Below, piece after piece: positions 16,560 to 25,896 of a stretch of 43,279 nt of DNA. Positions within the stretch are counted from its first letter, which is position 1, and each line of letters opens with the position of its first letter. The DNA is from a virus (taxonomy: Duplodnaviria; Caudoviricetes), in IMG/VR virus record IMGVR_UViG_3300021560_000010, positions 1 through 43,279 of that record; one strand, written 5' to 3'. Made by a program: the position numbers and the translations under genes. Below the pieces are notes generated by a model. The model saw only the letters and a program-made list of their open reading frames with translations, did no database searches and was not told the origin of the DNA.

Positions 16560-19500
16560 ACGTGATGTTGTCTCTGTTTAAAGACGGATCATTTCGCAGC
16601 GAGTTGAGCTGGTTTAGCCACGTCTCATAATACTTGCTTCGTTCGCCTTCCCAGTCGCTGAATTCCGGAATAGCCTGCGCGCGGATCCCCATCGCTTTTC
16701 CACGTGAATCGCGTGCAATCGTGAACCCGCCCAGCCCGTGATCTTCGAAGGCCTTTGCCCATTGCTGAATTTCGGCTTCAGTCGCCGGCTGATTAAAGCC
16801 CATCTCCACTATCGGACGAGGATCGGGATGATTCGGATTGTCATGGATGCGGGAGAGAAAAGCCGAATCCTGATCATGCCGAGCGGCGAGCTCTTTGATC
16901 TTGTCTTCGATCGAAGAAACGTCGGTTCCTTTGGTCGTGGTAAACTCGGTATCCAGCGTTGGTTCCACGGCGCCTCCATACAAACCCTGGCTCTTGGTCG
17001 CGCGGCTGGCAACCACTCCGTCGCCCAGGCGATTGATGGCTTGATCCATCTCGGTCCGAGCCCCCTCGAGGTCCCCGGGATTACCCGGGCCGCGATCGGT
17101 TGTGAGCCCCGCCTGATAGCGATTGAAGTCCATCATGTCCATGATGTTTCGGAAATCGCCCAGTGTGGCCCCGGCACTCCCGGTCCAATTATTGGCGGCG
17201 TAATGCTGCTTTTCGCCAAACCACATGAGAGCCTGGAAATCGTCTGGATTTATCCCCAAGCGTTGCGCGGCCTGACGGTAGCCGGCCTCCGCAAACTCGT
17301 AATCGCCGTGACCGCCGATCGTGGCGGAGCCGACGCCGCCCTCGGCACGAGGTGCAAGACGCCAGCGAGTTACGTCAGGCTCGTACAAAAGACGCCGTGC
17401 GGTGCGGCCGGCCCAAACGTCAATAGTCGGATCGATCGAACGCCAGGAAAGATTCTGCCCGAAATTCCCGGTCTTTGGACCGCCGGCCTGATCGACCCAG
17501 TAATCGGTCAGGGCGTGCAAAACTTTCTGGGAATTAATTCCGTACTTCCGACCGTTCTCCTTGAGAGGAACTTCGCCGACGCCGCTCCCAGGTTTTCCGA
17601 ACTTGTTGATCTCTTTGCGCAGTGCGGCCTGCTTGTCGGTGATCGAGGGATCCGACATGATCCGATCGGTGACTTCCGTCGCGTAGTCGCGGAAGTTGCC
17701 CATCAGCTCGTTGTAGTCGCCCTTCGACATCTTCCGAAGCGCTTCGAGCGTGTACTTGAAGTTGACCGGAACAGATTCCTGAGCGGACGTCGCGGCCAGC
17801 ATGTTGGCGAACTTGTCAATGTTCGCGCCGAAGCCGGACTGGAGCCGATCGCGCATTCCAGAGTACCAGCCAAGGGCTGACTGTAGCGCGGGATCATCTT
17901 TCCACTGGTTGTACTGGTCGACGAGCCGATCGGCTAAGAGACTCGTGCCCCGATCGAAGCCTTCCTGGGCGCCGTAGCGATTGTACAACTGCTGAATAAC
18001 GGGAGCGTCGCGGAAGTTAAAGCCTTGAGTCTTATACTGGATGTTGTTGTCTTTGTCGGTGACGACGTTGCCGGCGTCGTCGCGCCGAACCTCCATGGGG
18101 ACAGTGTTGCCCTGCTGGTTCCAGTCGTAGATCGTCCGACGAGCGATGACGTCGTTGTGCGCCGCGGTGCGTTCCAGCTTCGGAACGTCGGTTGCTTCCT
18201 GAACCTGTTTGTCGGTCGGATTCTTGCGCGGAGCAAACCGTGCATCATCTGGAGGGACGACTCCGCCTTCGTCCGCCCGCGGTTGCATGAAAGAGCGAAC
18301 CTGTTCGTAGGTTTTTGCGTGAACATCCGCGGTCTGTCCGGGGATCTCCGCAATCCGATTCATGCGATCCAGGCGATAGGTCTTAAAAACCGAAGGAGAA
18401 CGTTTCTGCAGATCTGCGATATATGGATTCGCGTCCGCGTTGATGCCGAATAGTTCGTTGATGAAGCCCTTCTTCTGCGCGCCGATCCCGGTATCCCCCG
18501 GCTGATCGTTGGCAAGATTCTTCATGTAAGTCCGCACGTCCTCGAGCGCCGGCGAAAGCTGGCCGTTGTAGAGCTGCTTGCCTTGCGCCGATCGCAGACG
18601 CTTGGACAGATTCATCATGAGCTGTTCAGGGTCATACATCTGAACGTTGACCTGATTAGTAACGGGAGAAATCTCGGTGTAGAGTGGCGTCATTGCGCGT
18701 TCGCGAGCAGCGAGGGTAGCGTAGCGTCCCTTACCTTTAGTAGCGGTGTTATAGACACCGATAGTCATCGTCCCGTCGTTGCGCTGCATGATGCCGTCCA
18801 ACTTCCGCCAGTTGAGAAGTTGATTCGGATTAAATTGATTCGAGCGCTCAAGCTCTTGGAACACAGCCTCTGGCACCTGTTGACCGCGGCGAACCTGACG
18901 TCCGTTCCGATCGGTCATGAGCTTTAAGAGGTTATCGGACTGGGTGCCTTCAAGGTGCGGTTGGTTTTTATAAATATCGTTGACCATCCCGCCCAAAGCG
19001 GCCGCTTGTGCGTCGGCGACTTTGGGCGAATTGGTCAATGGTCGGCCAGCCAGATCAGTCTTGATTGAACCGTCCGGGTTGCGCTGCAGCTCGTTCGTGG
19101 AATCCAGATTGTGCGTGATACGATCGAATTCCGGAGTGCCTTTGACCATGTCGCCGACCGGCACCTTAGTTTGTCCCCGATCAGTCTCTACATCGACGGC
19201 ACGACTCTTCCATTGCCGTTGCCGATAATATTCCTGAATAATGTTAGCGAGGCCTTGCGCTCCCTCGAGTGTGCTTGTCGCCGCGGGATTCCCGGTCGTC
19301 GCGTCGGCGCCCATGCCGATTTTCGTCAGCCAATTGCCGATCGCATTTTCGCTCACGATATCGCTGGGAATGTAGCCGCGGATCATTTTCTGGATTCCCT
19401 CGCGATCGGTCATGTAATGGGAGTGGAGATCAGCGAACATCTCGTTAGCGATGCCGTAGTTGTCTTCTGGAGTGGACCCGGGATTATCACGAAGTTTGCG

Positions 19501-21879
19501 TTTATTGTACTCAGCCTTGTAAGCCTCAAACTCTGGATTAGGGATAAACTCGGCTTTACCCGTCGCCGCATTGGTTTGCACCATCGGGTTACCAGAATCA
19601 TCCAGGGCGGTCATGATGCCCTTTTGGCCGGTAATAGGATTGCCGAGGATGTAATCCTGTACGGTTTGCCCGAGCCCGTGAGCGGCAATGTGATGGCCAA
19701 TCTCGTGCGAAACAATAGGCTGCATCGGGTTATCGCCGGCCACATTAACAAAGATCGAGCTGCGCGGATTAGACCCGGTCCACCAGCCATTGGACTGGGT
19801 CGGATCACTAAAGAAGTGAATATCAACATCCGGATGCGCCATCGCATGAGCAGCGATCCCGAGCTGATATTCGGGATGCAACTGCAGAAAAAGCTGTTTG
19901 CTCTGCGGCGTCATCGCGCTGATAAAGCGCGACCGGTCGCCGATCGCAGCCTGCCTGAGTTCAGCGCGAGAATTAAACCGGGTGAGCTGTCCCAACCCTC
20001 CACCGGCTGCACCGATCACCGCTCCGCCGGCTATGCCTTGCTGGAAAGGTTGTTCTCGACCGCCGCCGGCCAACAGGCCTTGTGCGCCGCCGATTGCTCC
20101 GCCAACCACTGCTCCAGTCGTTGCTGAAGGAATCGCGTAGACTAACTGGTTGTCGAGTTTCGACGCCAGGAAACTGGAAAGCCCGGTCAGCTTCTCCGAT
20201 GCTGCCTTGTAGAAAGGCAACGTCTGCTGTCCGAGCACATACTGCTCACCAACGGTTTGCATGTCCCGGCTGAAGTTGGCGAGCGTATCCCAGTTCAACC
20301 CCATTTTCCCCACAGCCTTGGCGATATCGGGGAAGGCTGCTCCAACTAAGCCTACCGGTCCGCCAGCCAGAAATCCTAGCCCGCCGCCCGTTGCTCGCCC
20401 GAGCAGATCCATCGCGCCCTCGCTCCATCGTTTCACGGATGCGGTTGCTGCGGCCTTAGTTGCTTCGTCCGCGGCCGGCATGAAGGTGTTGACGATCTTT
20501 TCAGGGATCGCTTCGAGGTAGTCTGAAATCTTCGACGGCAACTGGCCAGCGGCCCCGGCTACTTGGGCGATGCCTCCGACAACCTGACGGAATGGATTGC
20601 GCGACATCGCGTCCATTTGCTTGTTCACATCTTGGACGGCGGCGGTATAGTCGTTTAACGCGGTCGCGTGATCGGCTTTAAGGCTCTGTTCAAGCGTATT
20701 GAGTCGAGCAAGCTGAGTTTTATAGACCGATTCGTCTCCAGCGGTGAGGCGCGAAGTATCAGTGAGAATCGAACGAAGCGACGTCTGCTGACTGGCCACT
20801 TGCGCCAGTTGATCTTCGAGCAAACTTTTCGCCGCGGTTGTTTCAGCGAGCCGCGTTGTTCTCACACCGGCTTTGAGAAACTGCGCTCCGAGACTTTCAC
20901 CGATCGCTTTAGCTCCAGCCTCGGCACCGAAAGTTGCGTAGGTAAAAGGATCGGTGATCATCTGCATCGCCGCCATGTCACCCTCGTCAGGCTGTGCCTT
21001 TTGCAAACGATCGGCGAAATCCCCCATACCAATCGACTTGAATTGGGTTGCGAGCGCATCGCGCGCGTCGCTCATATTCTTGGCGCTCTGCTGGTCACGC
21101 AGCACTTGATTGCGCATGATCTCGCTTTGCGCGAAATCAAGTTGCGCGGCCTTATCCGGATCAGTCTCTTTTGCCCGCTGCGCGGCGAGATTATAAAGCT
21201 GCCCAAGATCGGCCAAGCCCGCCCCGTAATTGTGAGTGTAATTATCCCAGTTCTGTTGAACGGCCTGCACCGCGGCGCTCGCCTGCTGGGCGCGATTGTT
21301 CAGCGTATTAGAGAAAGTGAAATCGCCGTGCAGCATGTTGAGCAAATCTTCGCCCATCGGGACCGGCGACATCTCGTGCATGAGGTAAGAACCAGCCGCG
21401 CCAAGTAAGCCTCCGACCACTCCGGGGATTGCCGTCACAATACCCGGACCCTGGTGTAGCGCCGTCTCCAGAGGCCCTTTAGTGGCCAACTCGGTCATGA
21501 CGTTGCGCTCTTTGCCCTGTTTAAAGAGGGAATAGGAGACAGCGGGACTGTTGGCCTTGTTCTCTTCCCCTGGCACGTCGCGAACCGCTTGGTCGACAGC
21601 GTCGAGGTTTGCTTGCGTGAGAAGCTTCGTGTCGCCGCCGCTAGCGATATAGCGATCGAATGTGCTAATCAGATTCTGCGAGGCGGTAAGGACATTAGTC
21701 GCCTGACCCGAATCATCATAGCGCGGTTGAGTCGGGGCATCAGGATTAACCGGCTGAACCGGCTGCTGCTGGCCTTGCCCCCCGACTTGCTGGGCCGGAA
21801 GCGTCTGAACAGGCTGCTGCTGATCGGTATCGTCACCGAGAATCGGGGTCGACGTTCTGGGGTCTAGCAGCGCCGGCAT
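16492..21879 (-). CDS. Large polyvalent ejection/internal virion protein (zincin HExxH plus HhH-glycosylase-like domain)
   Basis: 1795 aa; Gly/Ala TM-like segments; SHEIGHH...NEMFAD; GPKTGNF...TIDVWAGR...QALMW. Confidence 0.8.
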   Translation of the reverse strand: MPALLDPRTSTPILGDDTDQQQPVQTLPAQQVGGQGQQQPVQPVNPDAPTQPRYDDSGQATNVLTASQNLISTFDRYIASGGDTKLLTQANLDAVDQAVRDVPGEENKANSPAVSYSLFKQGKERNVMTELATKGPLETALHQGPGIVTAIPGVVGGLLGAAGSYLMHEMSPVPMGEDLLNMLHGDFTFSNTLNNRAQQASAAVQAVQQNWDNYTHNYGAGLADLGQLYNLAAQRAKETDPDKAAQLDFAQSEIMRNQVLRDQQSAKNMSDARDALATQFKSIGMGDFADRLQKAQPDEGDMAAMQMITDPFTYATFGAEAGAKAIGESLGAQFLKAGVRTTRLAETTAAKSLLEDQLAQVASQQTSLRSILTDTSRLTAGDESVYKTQLARLNTLEQSLKADHATALNDYTAAVQDVNKQMDAMSRNPFRQVVGGIAQVAGAAGQLPSKISDYLEAIPEKIVNTFMPAADEATKAAATASVKRWSEGAMDLLGRATGGGLGFLAGGPVGLVGAAFPDIAKAVGKMGLNWDTLANFSRDMQTVGEQYVLGQQTLPFYKAASEKLTGLSSFLASKLDNQLVYAIPSATTGAVVGGAIGGAQGLLAGGGREQPFQQGIAGGAVIGAAGGGLGQLTRFNSRAELRQAAIGDRSRFISAMTPQSKQLFLQLHPEYQLGIAAHAMAHPDVDIHFFSDPTQSNGWWTGSNPRSSIFVNVAGDNPMQPIVSHEIGHHIAAHGLGQTVQDYILGNPITGQKGIMTALDDSGNPMVQTNAATGKAEFIPNPEFEAYKAEYNKRKLRDNPGSTPEDNYGIANEMFADLHSHYMTDREGIQKMIRGYIPSDIVSENAIGNWLTKIGMGADATTGNPAATSTLEGAQGLANIIQEYYRQRQWKSRAVDVETDRGQTKVPVGDMVKGTPEFDRITHNLDSTNELQRNPDGSIKTDLAGRPLTNSPKVADAQAAALGGMVNDIYKNQPHLEGTQSDNLLKLMTDRNGRQVRRGQQVPEAVFQELERSNQFNPNQLLNWRKLDGIMQRNDGTMTIGVYNTATKGKGRYATLAARERAMTPLYTEISPVTNQVNVQMYDPEQLMMNLSKRLRSAQGKQLYNGQLSPALEDVRTYMKNLANDQPGDTGIGAQKKGFINELFGINADANPYIADLQKRSPSVFKTYRLDRMNRIAEIPGQTADVHAKTYEQVRSFMQPRADEGGVVPPDDARFAPRKNPTDKQVQEATDVPKLERTAAHNDVIARRTIYDWNQQGNTVPMEVRRDDAGNVVTDKDNNIQYKTQGFNFRDAPVIQQLYNRYGAQEGFDRGTSLLADRLVDQYNQWKDDPALQSALGWYSGMRDRLQSGFGANIDKFANMLAATSAQESVPVNFKYTLEALRKMSKGDYNELMGNFRDYATEVTDRIMSDPSITDKQAALRKEINKFGKPGSGVGEVPLKENGRKYGINSQKVLHALTDYWVDQAGGPKTGNFGQNLSWRSIDPTIDVWAGRTARRLLYEPDVTRWRLAPRAEGGVGSATIGGHGDYEFAEAGYRQAAQRLGINPDDFQALMWFGEKQHYAANNWTGSAGATLGDFRNIMDMMDFNRYQAGLTTDRGPGNPGDLEGARTEMDQAINRLGDGVVASRATKSQGLYGGAVEPTLDTEFTTTKGTDVSSIEDKIKELAARHDQDSAFLSRIHDNPNHPDPRPIVEMGFNQPATEAEIQQWAKAFEDHGLGGFTIARDSRGKAMGIRAQAIPEFSDWEGERSKYYETWLNQLNSLRNDPSLNRDNITYDKNRYADTKIFFKGQHYHSAR

Positions 21880-21882
21880 GAT

Positions 21883-24105
21883 TTAAAAGCCCCAAAGGTT
21901 AAGTCCCTGATTTGGCTGCTGCTGCTGTGGATTCTGTTGCTGAAGTGGCGAAACTTGCGTCGATGAGCTCTGCTGCCCCGGCGTGTTCTTGTTCAGTTGC
22001 GCGGCGGTAGCATTAGCCTTCTGCACTTTGGCCGCGTTTTGCGAAGCTTGGTCCAAGCCGAAAATGCGCCGGTATTCGGTTTCCATCGCGGACGTATCAA
22101 AGTGCTGCGCTTTGGCCATATTGATGATCTGACGCATCTTGTCGCGAGAAGCACTGATCAGGTTGTTAGTCTTAAACTGAGCCGAAGCGGACGAGTCGTA
22201 GAAGCCGGGAATACCTTCGTCGGCAGCTTTCTGCTCGTACTCGGAGAGATTGCCCTTTTGTCCGAATAGTCCTCTGGCTACATTCGCTACGAGATGATTG
22301 CGCTGGGCGTCAAACTCGCGCGCTTCATCAGTCTTCATGCCGCCTACGCCAGGACCGGCTTCTTTTAGTCTCTGGTGCAATTGCATCATAAGATTAAACT
22401 GGCTGATCGGTTTGCCGTCCGGACCGGTTGCCGCGGTCGGCGAAGTGAGCGACGCCAGGGAATTAAACTGCTCCTGGTAATCTGTCGGCGGCGGCTTGAG
22501 CGGTTCTTCCTTCTCGTCCTTATACTTCATCGCGCCCTCCAGAAACTTCTGAAGATTCGCGTTGTATTCCTTCGTGGTTTGCGGAACGCCGGATCGATCG
22601 AGCTCGGCAGCAACGTCATTGGCCTGTGCGACTGCCCACTGCGTCAATTCTTGCCGGCTCATCACCTTGCCGTAGACGGACGGATCTCGAAGTTTGCTGC
22701 TATCAACCGGCTGGATAAAGACTTCGTTCGGATTATTCGGATTTTGGATAAACTGTCCGGTTCCAGTCTGCCCAGTTACAGTCTGTCCGGTAGCCCCGGG
22801 CTGCACGGTCTGCTGCGTTTGTTGCACGCTGGCCGTAGTGTTGTCAGGCAACGCCGAGCCTTTCGGAACGATTCGATAAGAAATGTTACCTGAGAAGTTT
22901 TTCCCGAGCCCGAGGTTGTTTCGCGTTCCTCCAAGCAGATCGATGCCCGCTCCGGTACTGGCCTTTGGCCCATAGTCGACCAGTGGCGCGTTAACCACTT
23001 TACCGGTGTTCGGATCGACTATCTGGATATCGTATTTTTTATTAAAGTTAGAGATAAAGCCCGAATCGCTCGGGTTGCCGTACTTATTCAAAACTCCAAA
23101 CGGCAACGCGGCACCTTCCGTGTTCCAGCCGGCAAGATTCGCGCCCCCGGCTCCGACGTTCCAGCCCGCTTCGGTGTAGCCTCCGTACTTTGGATTATCA
23201 ACTTCGCCAAACTCGGTCCCGCGCACCGTTGTCAGCCCGATATTGGAAGCGGGCGCTTGCACGGCTTTTCCGGTAGCCGGATCGATCGTCTGCCCGGGCA
23301 CCGGTTGCGCCTTCTCAATTTTCTGCGCAGGCCCCGGTGCGGCCGGCTTAAAGAGCGGCGTCGTTGAACCCGGAGCGGTAGGAGCGCCAGGAAACTGCAG
23401 GCCGATATCTTGGAGCGCACGATAGCTGGGACCAATATCAAGGTTGGCGTAACGCTTCAGCTCGGCCTCTTGCGGAGTGAGCTGCGGAGTAACCGTAGCC
23501 ACGTAGGCGTTGCGCTGCAGTTGTCTTAACGCCCCCCTTCTCGTGTCGTCCGAAAGTCCGGATGGAAGCAAGCTCTCCAGATCTGCAGTCGTGATCGGCG
23601 TGCCGTCATCCTTTCTGCCAAACGGAGGTTCGACATTAGGGCCGCGAACAGAAGTTATCTCCTGGGCTTTCGCTTTGGCTTCGTCGGTCGCGTCAACGTC
23701 GTTCAATGTCTTAATGGCATCGGCGATCTTAGCCTGAGATTTGTAATAGGCCTCGTTGCGATCTTGGATGCTCAGATCGATGGCTTTGTTGAGATCGGCC
23801 TGCGTGCCAGGAGATTCTGCGGTCGGCGGAGGAAGGACAGCCGAAACCGGGGTAGCCGCCGCCTGCATCCCTGGAGTGGGTAACCCTGCAGCACGAATAG
23901 CGTTATAATCAGTTCCGACATCTATGGCCCCGGGCTGCGGACGACCCGAAATTGCCATCGACGGAGCTGGGCTGGAGGAGATCGCAGCGACAGCTGGTCC
24001 CGGCTGCTGCTGACTCGCATAAAGCGCCGAAGGAGACGCAAGCTGAGCGTTCGGAGATGTCGCGTTAATCCGCCTGACTAACTCATCGTATTCTTCATCG
24101 GTCAT
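21883..24105 (-). CDS. Ejection protein with an RlpA-like double-psi beta-barrel (lytic transglycosylase-like) domain
   Basis: GTEFG...AALP...NTGKVVNAPLVDYGP...GIDL. Confidence 0.7.
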   Translation of the reverse strand: MTDEEYDELVRRINATSPNAQLASPSALYASQQQPGPAVAAISSSPAPSMAISGRPQPGAIDVGTDYNAIRAAGLPTPGMQAAATPVSAVLPPPTAESPGTQADLNKAIDLSIQDRNEAYYKSQAKIADAIKTLNDVDATDEAKAKAQEITSVRGPNVEPPFGRKDDGTPITTADLESLLPSGLSDDTRRGALRQLQRNAYVATVTPQLTPQEAELKRYANLDIGPSYRALQDIGLQFPGAPTAPGSTTPLFKPAAPGPAQKIEKAQPVPGQTIDPATGKAVQAPASNIGLTTVRGTEFGEVDNPKYGGYTEAGWNVGAGGANLAGWNTEGAALPFGVLNKYGNPSDSGFISNFNKKYDIQIVDPNTGKVVNAPLVDYGPKASTGAGIDLLGGTRNNLGLGKNFSGNISYRIVPKGSALPDNTTASVQQTQQTVQPGATGQTVTGQTGTGQFIQNPNNPNEVFIQPVDSSKLRDPSVYGKVMSRQELTQWAVAQANDVAAELDRSGVPQTTKEYNANLQKFLEGAMKYKDEKEEPLKPPPTDYQEQFNSLASLTSPTAATGPDGKPISQFNLMMQLHQRLKEAGPGVGGMKTDEAREFDAQRNHLVANVARGLFGQKGNLSEYEQKAADEGIPGFYDSSASAQFKTNNLISASRDKMRQIINMAKAQHFDTSAMETEYRRIFGLDQASQNAAKVQKANATAAQLNKNTPGQQSSSTQVSPLQQQNPQQQQPNQGLNLWGF

Positions 24106-24695
24106 GGCTGATATCCAGAGCCCAAGCCGAACTTATAGGTCGGAGGGACGTTTATATTGGACTGATTGGGCTGTTGCGGCTGAGTTGGCTGAGTTGGTTG
24201 AACCCTCACGATTTGCGGCTGTTTCTCCTGGGCAACCTGCTCCTTGCCTGCCACAGCGACTTGCTGCCTTGCCATGGCTCCAGCCTCCGAAACCCGGGTA
24301 CGCGCCATCGCGGCGTCTTCCTGCATTTTGGCGACCGCGAGCGCCTTGTTCATCTCAAACTGGCTCTGGGCTTTCGCGGTTGCGATACTCGTGTACATGC
24401 CGATCGCTTTCTGCTGGGCGCTCAGAGATGAGGTCTTCAGTTTTCCGTAAACATCATCGTCAAAGAGTCCCATCGAATGCATGATATCGATCGTGTCATG
24501 AGCGCTTTGCCCTTGTTCGAGAATGCCGGATTGCACTTCGCCGGTCTGCGGATTGACGCTGCCCATGACCGAAGAGATGGCGCCGGCCAGCGATTTACCG
24601 GCCGAGGTGATGCCGGCAGCGTAACCGGAGCCGATATCAGTTAGTGGAGTTGTGTAACCAGCGCTAAAATACGGAGCAGGGAGTGGTTGTGTCAT
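24102..24695 (-). CDS. Probable ejection protein
   Basis: Ala/Gln/Gly-rich; position within the ejection cluster. Confidence 0.65.
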   Translation of the reverse strand: MTQPLPAPYFSAGYTTPLTDIGSGYAAGITSAGKSLAGAISSVMGSVNPQTGEVQSGILEQGQSAHDTIDIMHSMGLFDDDVYGKLKTSSLSAQQKAIGMYTSIATAKAQSQFEMNKALAVAKMQEDAAMARTRVSEAGAMARQQVAVAGKEQVAQEKQPQIVRVQPTQPTQPQQPNQSNINVPPTYKFGLGSGYQP

Positions 24696-25504
24696 ACGGT
24701 TTTATCCTCGAGGTAGCTCGGCAACCGTCCATATTCTGGAGCAAGTTGCGAGACACTGTTAAGTTCTCGTTGCCATTTGGGACAGAAAACGGTTTGGCCC
24801 GCGAGCCGCTTGTCGACGCAACGAACGCAGACCGGATACCAATCGGAATTGTGTTCTTTGTCGTCGAGCTCCATGCGAAGCGCTACGTCGTAGCGACTGG
24901 TTTGCGTGGGCACCTTGTAGGTCTCGATGTAATCCCAGACGTCCTCATGCGACCATTCGCGCAACGGGTAGTAGGCGTCAGGCCCATCGTCCTGCATTAA
25001 CAGATCAGTCTGGATCGGGATCGGTCCGTAGATAGGATCTTCGTCGCACGCTTTGTGTGCGATCAGGGCTACGTCCCACGGATAAGTGAAGGTCGCACAT
25101 GGCCTCATCAAAAAATCTACGCCGCACAAGTACTTCTTGGGATCTTCCCCTTCGCGATACTCGATCGTGTTTTTAAGCAACGCAATCGTAGTGATGCCTC
25201 CGATCAGATACTCGCTGACCAGCGCTACCATCTGCGGACTGGTTTTTAAGGAAACGCGCAACGGCGGATAATTGTGCATTTCCACTCGCCACTTCGCTGC
25301 CAGCGCATGCACGAAGATGCTCTTGTGCGGAAACCACGGATCCTCGTAATAGACGGCCGGAATCCGGATCCCGTTCGAAAGAAGAAGATGAAGCAGTACA
25401 GTCGAATCCTTGCCTCCGCTCCAGTTAAGGACAGGCTTCTTGTATTGCCCTAACTGCGACTGAATCGCTTTGAGCGTCCCGCGAGCTTTGGCACCGATAC
25501 TCAT
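24692..25504 (-). CDS. PAPS-reductase family (PP-loop) protein
   Basis: WSGGKDS, YPLREWSHEDVWDYI, and C-terminal CVRC...FCP. Confidence 0.88.
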   Translation of the reverse strand: MSIGAKARGTLKAIQSQLGQYKKPVLNWSGGKDSTVLLHLLLSNGIRIPAVYYEDPWFPHKSIFVHALAAKWRVEMHNYPPLRVSLKTSPQMVALVSEYLIGGITTIALLKNTIEYREGEDPKKYLCGVDFLMRPCATFTYPWDVALIAHKACDEDPIYGPIPIQTDLLMQDDGPDAYYPLREWSHEDVWDYIETYKVPTQTSRYDVALRMELDDKEHNSDWYPVCVRCVDKRLAGQTVFCPKWQRELNSVSQLAPEYGRLPSYLEDKTV

Positions 25505-25896
25505 CCCATTTTCCGATCGTAATCAAAATCTGATTCTGGCGGAATGAAGAGTTCTTCGCCGGCTTCGATGTCGCGAGCGGCTAGCACGAGATGCTCGCCA
25601 TCCTGTAACCCGCCCATTTTGCAATTGGCTTGGGCACCGTTGGGAGGAAAATTCCAAAATTGCGCCTCATCGCCAGGGATCACCCAGGAGGTTCGGTTCT
25701 CCGGATTGATGTACCCGCGAGCTCGCACGAAATCTCTGATCCGCGGTTCGGAGTATTCCAACGCGTAGTCGCTGATAAGATGATCAAGGCCAGGGGTAAA
25801 TTGCCACAACACAGTTTCACGAGGAACACGGCGCGTGGCGAAAATTCCATGACCGTGAATCGGGCTGGATTTGATCTCGACAGGAATCATCATCAT
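25501..25896 (-). CDS. SET-domain protein (variant)
   Basis: SPIHGHGIFA, GDEAQFWNF, ARDIEAGEEL, terminal DFDY. Confidence 0.85.
   Translation of the reverse strand: MMMIPVEIKSSPIHGHGIFATRRVPRETVLWQFTPGLDHLISDYALEYSEPRIRDFVRARGYINPENRTSWVIPGDEAQFWNFPPNGAQANCKMGGLQDGEHLVLAARDIEAGEELFIPPESDFDYDRKMG

Noticed and set aside
16738-21408. Long plus-strand ORFs (380, 338 and 246 aa)
   Set aside because: Antisense shadows of the 1795-aa gene, expected in GC-rich coding DNA.
24692-25504. Complete Dnd phosphorothioation system or sulfate-assimilation pathway
   Set aside because: No dndA/B/D/E, cysteine desulfurase or other cys genes are present.
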